Position numbers and translations under genes: made by a program | In this document: piece after piece, positions 24,901 to 31,610 of the stretch | How positions within the stretch are numbered: position 1 is the stretch's first letter | Layout of the letters: each line of letters begins with the position of its first letter | Assembly: GCA_964009815.1 (NCBI GenBank) | Contig: CAXGJQ010000002.1 | Span: 1-34,758, forward strand | Direction of reading: 5' to 3' | Length of the DNA: 34,758 nt | Source of the DNA: an uncultured Candidatus Poseidoniales archaeon | Lineage (GTDB): Archaea; Thermoplasmatota; Poseidoniia; Poseidoniales; Poseidoniaceae | The notes under the pieces: generated by a model | Database searches by the model: none | Told to the model about the DNA's origin: nothing | Seen by the model: only the letters and a program-made list of their open reading frames with translations

Positions 24901-27273
24901 GGCTTCTGGCTCTGCGATGAGTTCAATCGATGAAAGTGGCTCAGTATTTGAGCGATTGATGACCAAGTCCTCAACCGTTGAAACGTTGAGGCGTTCGTCG
25001 GAAACGGTCAGGTCCCATACTCCGTTGGGAAGGTCGAGGGCGAACTCTCCAAACTCGTTAGCGATGGTGGTCCATATCAAACCTGCATCGTTTGTAGCGA
25101 TGATTTCAGGAGCCTCCCACATCGGGAAACTTGAATCCCATCGGGTGCTGTTCTCGTAGAGGTGAACCACTCCGTTAAGGAGGGTGGTAGGTTGAATGTA
25201 GAGCATTCCAAGGTCAGTGTCTGTGCCCGTCTCAACGGCCACAAGGGCCCCGTATCCGCGATTGGTGACAACGCTCTCGGTGGTCAGGTGGTATGTGAAA
25301 CCGGAGGGAACACGCACGGAGAAGTATCCCGTGAGATTGGTGACCGCAGCGAACTCAAGATTGTCTGAAACAAAGTTCACGGTCAAGCCATTCGCTGGTT
25401 GCGTGGTTTGTTCTCGGTTTTCTTCCGGTGTTTCATCGTACCAGGTGTTCCATTCCTCAACCGTGACGCCGGGGTAGTTTCGCATTGAACCGTTGATGTA
25501 AGCGGCTTGAGCATAGGTGACGTCCTTAGCAAGGTCCTCAGTACCGGGCACAAGTTCGATTTGGTCGAAGAGCACGAACTCAGGGTTCACATCGTCGCGA
25601 ATGTCCCAAACACCGAACAGAAGTTCAGCATACAAGTCTCCATTTTCATCGCTTGTGACGTTGATTGGGTCGAGCAAGTCAATTTCGTTTTGGAACGTAA
25701 TGGTCCGGTTTGCCACATCAAAGAGCGGTTCTTGTGTCAATGGGTCCACCGGTGAAACAAGGGTCAAAGTGACGTCCACTGTGTCGGGCACATTGAGGTC
25801 CAACGTGATGTTGGTTGTGTCCGTAATGACAAAGATGGACTCGTTAAAGTCGTACCATCCGTCGTTGTCAACGTCCCCGCGGTAGTAGTAGTCTCCTGGC
25901 GGGATTGGGCCGTAAGAGAAGTTCCCATCTTCATCGGTTGGAATCATAACGGCAAACTCTTCGCCAAGGTCAACATCAACAAATTCAATGGTTTGGTTTG
26001 CCATTGCATCGCCGTGCATGTCCTTGAGGGTGTCCTTGAAAATGGCACCAGGCATGGTCATGGCAAGATCGTAAGTTGGGTCAATACCGATTTCAACCGG
26101 GTCTGGCAAAAGAACTTCCTTTCCATTAGCGAGCTGAGCAATCATGTTGTAGGTACCAGGAAGAAGACCCGTCTTGTAGAACGAACCAGGTTCAACCATT
26201 GGGCCAGAGAAGGTTCCAACACCGATGAACAATCCGGTTCCGTTGAACGTTCCAGTTCCTTCGAACAATCCTGCACCTTCAAGGGTTTCACCCTGTCCAG
26301 CATCGGCATCACCGTAGGTCCGGCTGAGCGTCGATGTGCCTTCTGAAGTGAAGGTACCCATGGCGTCAACCGTGCCTTCAAGGCGATAGGTTGGTGTGTC
26401 ACCGCTGTCATCGATGAGACAGAAGGTTTCATTCACCGGCATCACGGGATTGGATTGATTATCTGAATCACAAGCAACCACGTCTGATGGTTCCACCCAA
26501 GAGGCTTCAAGCACACCGTTTCCGGACCAAGTGCCGTTGGCAGAGAAGGAGCGCTCGTTGCCAATATCACGGGTAAATTCGCCAATGAAATTGCTGGCAA
26601 GGGCAATGCCTTCGCTGTCAAAGGAGCCATTCTCCACCAGTGTAGCTTCACCGGTTCCTTGGAGGATTCGTGATTCATCTGATGTGAACGAACCACTCGT
26701 GGTTTCGACGGTGTAGTTGTCGGTCATGGACCAAATGTTTCGCAAGATGAAGGTTGTTTCAGCGATAGGTTCGCCGTTGAATTCTTCGTCTCCGGACCAC
26801 ACGACGGTACCCGAAACACCGCTGCTGTCAACGGTTATGTCGAGTTCGTCATCCATGTCGACCATGCGGTTTGCTTCGTCGGCAGTGATGTTGAGTTGAG
26901 ATTCACCCAACCACGTCATGTTGGCAACTTCGCCCAACAAAGCGGTGATTTCGTTGACGACTCGGTCATCGTTGGTTTCGGTTAGGATATCGCTGAGTCG
27001 CTCACCATAGGAACCGTCGCGGATGTTATCTCGTGCGACCGTAGGGTCAAAATCACCTGCAAAGGCGGACACACGAATGCGGCCTGCTGGGGCGAGGAAA
27101 TCGTAATTTCCTTCTTCATCAGCGTCAACGAATCCAATAGGGACCCAGTAAGTGTCCTCATCAAGGTCTTCGCTGCCTTCACCGGAGAAAGCATCGCGCT
27201 CAATCAACAATCGGACACCAGAGAGCCCTTCTCCGTTATCGCCCATGGTTACTTGACCGGTCAATTCTGCACC
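21901..27273 (-). other. C-terminal ~1,790-aa extracellular extension of the AglB protein: array of CarboxypepD_reg/Ig-like modules, CARDB/NEW3-like modules, terminal TM anchor
   Basis: At least nine recurrences of the D-x-x-G-x-(F/Y)...P-x-G-x-(Y/W) beta-sandwich signature: DEEGNYDFLAPAGRIRV, TDEDGNFSYGPIPPGDYYY, SDENGDLYAELLFGVWDI, NLTGYFSVRVPSGFTYHL, NEFGEFALDLPNGVWDLTV, SDENGSFAAYVPAGEWLVIV, TDAEGNSTELLMPGTWSFYF and TDDEGVWRVFVPIRDVYNVTV. CARDB-like segments are FSFALTNDGNGQDTFTIELL...GETRTQQFTVFAP and VRVPIVNEGLLDAPSVIVYL. The terminal helix WMTLLIALLAILVVYGGV lies at 21937..21990, followed by RTARSRGGTKF. Confidence 0.65.
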
Positions 27274-30200
27274 GGGGTAGTACTTCAGAATCTTCACGAG
27301 GGTATTCGTTGATTGAATTTGGTCTTCAGGAGCTTCACTGTACCAGTTGGCGATGACAAAGTGGTTCATCATGGCACCAGGCAGGGGCAGAGCGTTGGTC
27401 AAAATCGTACCAGGCGATCCGGATTGTCCGAAATGCTGTGATGGTTGAGGGTTGCTGGAACCGGCATCGAGTCCGAGGGTGGACGCACCATAGCCGACGT
27501 AGGTCCTTGCCACCATCGTGTCAAAGAAGGCAGGATTGTGGTCAACACGGACGTCCTCGATTTGGAGCATATCAATGTCAGCACCAGCCTGTTGGTTGAG
27601 GAAATCCTTCTGCATTGCATCGTCAACCTCTTCTCGAGTCATCTCATCTTGGAAGTCTCCACGAACGGTTTCGTAAACTTCGTTCATGTATGTGGTGATG
27701 TCCTGTCCTGCCAAGATGGTCGGTGCACCAAAGATACCCATGGGTTGACCACGGTTGTAATTGGAGTCCGCCGTGTATCGACCGGCGCGAGGGTAAAGTC
27801 GGTCGTCGATGGCGAAGTAGCGAATATCGTGGTCTCGAGTGATGGTTTCACCAGGAGCACCTTCGTAATCTTGCACCTTGTAGGGGCTGTTAAGATTGAT
27901 GAGGTCGTTGTAGAGGTCGTGGATGTTGTAGACGGGGTGGGCATCCATTGCAGATGTGAGAAGTTGCGTTGCCAAGGCCAAACGGGCGTTCTTTCGGTGG
28001 ATGGACGTCGACACTGAGAGGTACTCATCCAACAAATCATCGGTATACCAGTACTCACCAATGATGGTGTGGCTGCGACCTTCAACGGTTTCTTCAGACG
28101 TTCGCACGTTGTTGTTGAAGGTGATGTCGGCTTGCTCCATTGAGCTCCAAGCATCACCCTCACAGGAATTGGAGAGGGCATCAGTGCAGGGAATCGCTTC
28201 ACCGTCTTTGTAAATCTTGTAGACCTTGTTGTCGTCAAAGATACCGGCGACATGGGTGTATCCTTCGGCCATGACCACGTTTCGATTTGACTTGACCACG
28301 TTGAATGAGCGCTCTTCAATGAATTCAATCATCGACTCATCAAAGGTGAGTTGCATGGTGTTGAATTCAGCCAGTTGGTCGTCGTCAAGGTACTTGTCCA
28401 TGACGTTCATGAAAGGTTCCGTGAATTGATGATTTACGCCTTCAGTAGCGTAGGCTCGGTCGCCTTCTGAAAGTTGCCAGATGAACATGGCTGTCAAGTC
28501 ATCCTGGTTGCGTGCAAGAAGCATGTTCCCTGTGGCAGGGATACCTGACTGGAAGTTGTCTGAAACCGATGGGTGTTCGCCGGTGGCCAGTGCTTGGAAA
28601 CCATAGTCCCACCATGAGACAAAGGCAGGTTTCTCTGAATACGCCATATCAGCGTCCTGATTCGCCAACCAGTCGTAGGCCGCATTCCAGCCGTTGTCGT
28701 TGAAGGACGAACCGAAGCTACCCAAATACCGACGTCCATCGTACGTACTGCTGTCAAGAATCGAAAAGCCAAGTCCGTCGAAACGAAGGATATCGGGCAT
28801 GATGTTGTAGATCTTCTCATCAATTTCGCTTTCTTGGTTGGAGGTGCCGGGGATGGCCGAGTCCAAACCGTAGGTGGCTTGTTGCCCGAAAATCATGATC
28901 ATCACGAGGAAGACCGCAGAGAATTGCGGTGTACGCCATACGGCTTTGCGAGCACCGGAGATGCGGTCAGCCGGCGTGCGAATACCGAATTTCTTCCACG
29001 AACGAACCAAGCGACCCCAATCAGCCCACTTCCAGAACGCCATGATTCCAGCCGCTCCAAGAATGGCCATGATGGGCGTAGCGTTGAACATGAAACGAGC
29101 AGCGTTCCAAGCCATGAACGTGGCTGCAAAGACCCAGACACCAAACACCAAAGCGGTGCCATTTCGATGCCGAAGACCTCGCCAAAGAAGTCCGCCGCCC
29201 ATGATGAGAGCGAGCAAAAACGTGATCGGTCCAAAGGAGGCGAAGAGTTGAGCACGGTTCGGTGCATTCGCTTCAGCAACCGTGCCGAAAATCTTGGTCT
29301 TGGTGAAGTAGCCGCTGCCGGTGAACAGGACATCCCAGGCGTTGGAAAGTTCCAACGTCTTGAGGACGTAAAGGATGGCAAAGAAGACGGTAGCAACGGC
29401 GGTGAGTGTGCCGAGAACGAGCAACCAAGGCTTGTCTCGGAAACCGGTTGTCACGTAGGCAATGGCCAGCGTGAATCCAAAGATGAACAAGAAGGGTTGC
29501 AGTCCTGTTGGGTCAAACACCAAATTGAATTGCGGGTGTGCATAGAATGGTAGAACCATCAACAAAATGGTGGTCAACATCACGAGGAACATCACGCTCA
29601 AGGTGGTTGAATCACGGCGGCGGAACATGTTCAGGGCCACTTGCAGGGCGTAAGCCAAGAAGAGGATCGAAGGACCGACGACGAACCCTTTCCATCCGAG
29701 GGCGACGATTCCAAACGCGACACCAGCAAGGGCCGCGTTCGCCATGGCAGCTTGTCGATGCTGGGCAACGTCGTTGAAAGCACGCACAAAGGACATCGGG
29801 TGAGCCGATGTTGTCTTGGTTATGCGAGCTGAGCCGGCATACTTGACCGCACGGAGCCAGTACATGAAACCGATCGAGATGAACAACATCACGAAGGCAT
29901 CGTGGTCAGCCAGAGCCCACGTGGAGTGGGTGACGTGAGCAGGCATGAAGGCGATGAGCCAGGCAGCCAGAACGCCAGCGCCTTTGCCGAAGTGGTCCTT
30001 GGCCATGATGGCGATGGGGAACACGGTCAAAGCTCCGTAGATGGCTGGTAGAGCAAGCATGCTCCACCAAACCGCATCTTCGGGATTTGAGAGGAAGGGT
30101 TCCAACACCATAGCACCAATGGCCATCGACCAGGTGAAGAGCGGGGGACGTGGGTTGATGCCGCCGACTGGATAGAACCGGTCGGCGTCAAACACCAGGT

Positions 30201-31464
30201 GGGCATTGTTGGCGAGGATGTAGTCCACGACGCGCTTCATGTACCAAGGGTCAGAACCACCGGTCATGTCCCAGTTACCCGTTCCAAAAGCATTCATGGA
30301 TGGAACCGCGTACCACTGTACACGGATAGCCAGACCAATGAGGAAGGCCAAACCGACCATCATACCTGCTCCGTGGGCTCGAAGGAAGAGGCGCGCCTGA
30401 GAGGGCTCGTGCTCTCCGAGGTTGGCCCAACCGCCGTAGCGTTCATGGTTCCCAATGGAATAGATTCCAACACTGAGGAAGAAGGTGATGGCAAGCCAAA
30501 TCAAGGCACCCCACGTTCCGTCAAGATCCTCGTTGTACCAAATTCCTGCTTCAAACCAAGCAGCCACTTGGTAGAGCGTCCACATCGAACCAACGAACAT
30601 GGCACGGGTGTACCATCGCTCCGCCACCATACCGGCGACGATAAGGGCAACAACACCGGTCAAGAAAGCGCTCCAATAGCCGGCATAGCCGTGGTATCCG
30701 TTTTCCGTAGTGATGCCAAGTTGGTCGATCACATCGACGCTGTTGAAGTGCCAAAGTGAACCTGCAAAAACGACGACCCACATGCTGAGCGCACCCATCA
30801 ATGGGAGAGCAGAGCGATTGAATCCGTTTGAGTGGCCGAGGAACGAGAACCATCCCTCTTCTCCCGAGGGATTGATTGTACCTCGAGCAAGCACACCGGC
30901 CAACAATCCAGCCGCCGTGGTCATGGTCCAGTAGGCAAAGAAGACGTACGCGGTGGCCTGGCGTTCCAGATTCATCGTGGAAACAAGCTGTCCGCTTTCC
31001 ATGCTGTACGTTGAAGGGAGGGCAGCGTAGGTGTCTCCAGCTGCCGCTATGGCCAGCCAAAATCCAATGGCTGAGAACGTCATAGCCGTTCTCCACTCGT
31101 GGCGTCCACGAAGGTCAAGATTTGACCCAAACACGACGAGCAAGGCGAACATCAAGGCCGCAACCGCATCGACGTCAGCAAAAGCGTACAGCAATTCAGC
31201 GCCGACAAGAGCAAACACCAAAACGCCGAGGGAAAGGGTAGAGGTGGAAAGACCAGGCTGAGATTCCTGAACGATGCGTGGCACCAAAGCCAGCATGCTA
31301 GCGACAGCGACGACGAGCATCGGCATCATGTTGTTCAATGTCAAGTCGTATTCAATGCCCACGACTCGTGTGGTGGCAAGAGCGAGCAGCACGGCCAGAG
31401 GTGCAAGCAGCAACCCCATCACGGCACTTGGCTGACTCGCCTTCATATCCATTTGTTCATCCAT
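21901..31464 (-). CDS. aglB: Giant AglB/STT3-type oligosaccharyltransferase fusion protein (3187 aa)
   Basis: One uninterrupted ORF. The WWDYG catalytic motif is at codons 951-955. A polytopic membrane region lies upstream, with an acidic first external loop (GGSDPWYMKRVVDYILANNAHLVFDADRFYPVGGINPRPPLF) typical of STT3/AglB. About 10 extra TM helices precede the core. About 1,790 residues of repeated Ig-like modules follow it, and the protein ends in a TM helix and a basic tail. Confidence 0.88.
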   Translation of the reverse strand: MDEQMDMKASQPSAVMGLLLAPLAVLLALATTRVVGIEYDLTLNNMMPMLVVAVASMLALVPRIVQESQPGLSTSTLSLGVLVFALVGAELLYAFADVDAVAALMFALLVVFGSNLDLRGRHEWRTAMTFSAIGFWLAIAAAGDTYAALPSTYSMESGQLVSTMNLERQATAYVFFAYWTMTTAAGLLAGVLARGTINPSGEEGWFSFLGHSNGFNRSALPLMGALSMWVVVFAGSLWHFNSVDVIDQLGITTENGYHGYAGYWSAFLTGVVALIVAGMVAERWYTRAMFVGSMWTLYQVAAWFEAGIWYNEDLDGTWGALIWLAITFFLSVGIYSIGNHERYGGWANLGEHEPSQARLFLRAHGAGMMVGLAFLIGLAIRVQWYAVPSMNAFGTGNWDMTGGSDPWYMKRVVDYILANNAHLVFDADRFYPVGGINPRPPLFTWSMAIGAMVLEPFLSNPEDAVWWSMLALPAIYGALTVFPIAIMAKDHFGKGAGVLAAWLIAFMPAHVTHSTWALADHDAFVMLFISIGFMYWLRAVKYAGSARITKTTSAHPMSFVRAFNDVAQHRQAAMANAALAGVAFGIVALGWKGFVVGPSILFLAYALQVALNMFRRRDSTTLSVMFLVMLTTILLMVLPFYAHPQFNLVFDPTGLQPFLFIFGFTLAIAYVTTGFRDKPWLLVLGTLTAVATVFFAILYVLKTLELSNAWDVLFTGSGYFTKTKIFGTVAEANAPNRAQLFASFGPITFLLALIMGGGLLWRGLRHRNGTALVFGVWVFAATFMAWNAARFMFNATPIMAILGAAGIMAFWKWADWGRLVRSWKKFGIRTPADRISGARKAVWRTPQFSAVFLVMIMIFGQQATYGLDSAIPGTSNQESEIDEKIYNIMPDILRFDGLGFSILDSSTYDGRRYLGSFGSSFNDNGWNAAYDWLANQDADMAYSEKPAFVSWWDYGFQALATGEHPSVSDNFQSGIPATGNMLLARNQDDLTAMFIWQLSEGDRAYATEGVNHQFTEPFMNVMDKYLDDDQLAEFNTMQLTFDESMIEFIEERSFNVVKSNRNVVMAEGYTHVAGIFDDNKVYKIYKDGEAIPCTDALSNSCEGDAWSSMEQADITFNNNVRTSEETVEGRSHTIIGEYWYTDDLLDEYLSVSTSIHRKNARLALATQLLTSAMDAHPVYNIHDLYNDLINLNSPYKVQDYEGAPGETITRDHDIRYFAIDDRLYPRAGRYTADSNYNRGQPMGIFGAPTILAGQDITTYMNEVYETVRGDFQDEMTREEVDDAMQKDFLNQQAGADIDMLQIEDVRVDHNPAFFDTMVARTYVGYGASTLGLDAGSSNPQPSQHFGQSGSPGTILTNALPLPGAMMNHFVIANWYSEAPEDQIQSTNTLVKILKYYPGAELTGQVTMGDNGEGLSGVRLLIERDAFSGEGSEDLDEDTYWVPIGFVDADEEGNYDFLAPAGRIRVSAFAGDFDPTVARDNIRDGSYGERLSDILTETNDDRVVNEITALLGEVANMTWLGESQLNITADEANRMVDMDDELDITVDSSGVSGTVVWSGDEEFNGEPIAETTFILRNIWSMTDNYTVETTSGSFTSDESRILQGTGEATLVENGSFDSEGIALASNFIGEFTRDIGNERSFSANGTWSGNGVLEASWVEPSDVVACDSDNQSNPVMPVNETFCLIDDSGDTPTYRLEGTVDAMGTFTSEGTSTLSRTYGDADAGQGETLEGAGLFEGTGTFNGTGLFIGVGTFSGPMVEPGSFYKTGLLPGTYNMIAQLANGKEVLLPDPVEIGIDPTYDLAMTMPGAIFKDTLKDMHGDAMANQTIEFVDVDLGEEFAVMIPTDEDGNFSYGPIPPGDYYYRGDVDNDGWYDFNESIFVITDTTNITLDLNVPDTVDVTLTLVSPVDPLTQEPLFDVANRTITFQNEIDLLDPINVTSDENGDLYAELLFGVWDIRDDVNPEFVLFDQIELVPGTEDLAKDVTYAQAAYINGSMRNYPGVTVEEWNTWYDETPEENREQTTQPANGLTVNFVSDNLEFAAVTNLTGYFSVRVPSGFTYHLTTESVVTNRGYGALVAVETGTDTDLGMLYIQPTTLLNGVVHLYENSTRWDSSFPMWEAPEIIATNDAGLIWTTIANEFGEFALDLPNGVWDLTVSDERLNVSTVEDLVINRSNTEPLSSIELIAEPEAIDVVMHVYLNAAEDGTFENGTMATPAFSLRPIDENQDSIYYTAEDYTEPGIITVSLTPGGYDLVFNRTAASDENATDYDLVGEQFFDAIRISLDAIEDPVDVALKNTYLVSGTLFNTTNEGIANEFLLYNEADDEWFNLGSDENGSFAAYVPAGEWLVIVAPFANGDNTETLRQPLTVDANSDRLNLNMTTSLSVEVSMQLLEAVTESPLSDMTVTAVSHDGFGNITFDRTDAEGNSTELLMPGTWSFYFNRTIGTKSWFMDTSDAPFTTDLADENNSLTLDPVYAVLEVEIGGKVYWDLDNNSVPSFGEGLPGMNVTIVGDNNSEFSTTVATDDEGVWRVFVPIRDVYNVTVEKEGFETVYYETVNQTGYTVHDSPDSTDIEVTAGLVDAEGTVTDQLDADRLVGASIVLYPVAGVEREPVEVSGTMNGTTLEWSASVQPGEWVVVVSQTNLGPNGGGVAVGLLDASVANGGNISMTMALGGFVELATAWTDIEQNEHHAGADSDGFSMIQEAVELEVTFDDMAWMMDVPASGQLRELFPEGGVSFDGEFMTVQHSSQLEMEYFGGQTTTINADSTISATLNFNRRVNSALDISFSADSLTDGTLLNAVDGEIEAIVSSSNESVYSVITFDYEVVYNGTETMDIFSVEGEMGLAQDSDLWNVQFWNASADDGQGAYEDTINVALGIGDNSTEAVLSTTVKVQITLPDVADAWHLTNGHRMTLRLETDLGESSQGSVKVFVPQSFGFTVSDATEELGMSALVERQFSFALTNDGNGQDTFTIELLESGIPEDWSVTPMASTLTLNKGETRTQQFTVFAPESFTEGDFDLTVYVNSQDENVERQEVEVSIKKATIYLTLDTARIATESDLIADKVGAVRVPIVNEGLLDAPSVIVYLTPPNGAELSQSIAVPAGGEGVAVFEGLTFMQGNQRFDYRVEVAGAEANSVESKPSDDDFALEYNIESTADGESIWMTLLIALLAILVVYGGVRTARSRGGTKF
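28600..28614 (-). other. WWDYG catalytic motif of the AglB/STT3 domain
   Basis: The plus strand reads accatagtcccacca, whose reverse complement tgg tgg gac tat ggt encodes WWDYG. It is in frame with the ATG at 31464 (codons 951-955). Confidence 0.9.
30340..31464 (-). other. N-terminal extra polytopic membrane module (about 10 predicted TM helices) fused ahead of the AglB core
   Basis: Codons 1-375 contain about ten hydrophobic stretches of 18-24 residues, for example VMGLLLAPLAVLLALATT, MMPMLVVAVASMLALV, LSLGVLVFALVGAELLYAF, AVAALMFALLVVFGS, AMTFSAIGFWLAIAAAG, AYVFFAYWTMTTAAGLLAGVLA, LPLMGALSMWVVVFAGSLW, SAFLTGVVALIVAGMVA, MFVGSMWTLYQVAAWF and GALIWLAITFFLSVGIYSI. They precede the helix that corresponds to AglB TM1 (GAGMMVGLAFLIGLAIRVQWY). 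TM calls were made by eye. Confidence 0.6.
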
Positions 31465-31520
31465 ATGTATCCCTCATTTTAGGTCCAGCCTCAAGGCTGG
31501 CGTCGTTTGCCACTTCTGAA

Positions 31521-31530
31521 CCCTTTTTAG
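31521..31530 (-). promoter_or_regulatory. Candidate TATA box (CTAAAAAGG) for the giant aglB gene, with hairpin and GAGGG in the predicted leader
   Basis: The minus strand reads CTCTAAAAAGGG-(about 58 nt)-ATG(31464). The predicted leader contains the hairpin CCAGCC-TTGA-GGCTGG (31485..31500) and TGAGGG 6 nt before the ATG. Confidence 0.3.
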
Positions 31531-31597
31531 AGATGATGGGTTACTAAGGAGGCCGGTGTCTCTCAGTCGCCCTTTTGCTTATGATGGAAATTACGGT

Positions 31598-31603
31598 AAA
31601 AAA
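31598..31603 (-). terminator. Oligo-T tract (T6) 8 nt downstream of the purD stop
   Basis: The minus strand reads TAA ttcagcg TTTTTT acc. Archaeal intrinsic termination typically uses oligo-T tracts. Confidence 0.45.
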
Positions 31604-31610
31604 CGCTGAA

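Noticed and set aside
27684-28328. Same-strand out-of-frame ORFs inside the giants (27684..28328, 30551..31096, 3385..3903, 17499..17960, 861..1445)
   Set aside because: They are alternative frames of demonstrably coding regions. Their translations are T/S/P/R-rich and low in complexity. I see no evidence of slippery sites or programmed frameshifting that would connect them to the main frame.
31533-31609. Possible C/D-box sRNA on the plus strand: two ATGATGG strings (31533..31539, 31581..31587) and a CTGA (31606..31609) in the purD-aglB intergenic region
   Set aside because: The box sequences are imperfect (final A replaced by G). There is no D' box. The spacings (18 nt and about 85 nt) do not fit the compact C-guide-D'-C'-guide-D layout of about 50-60 nt. 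There are no terminal pairing stems. The region is better explained as the purD terminator plus the aglB promoter and leader.
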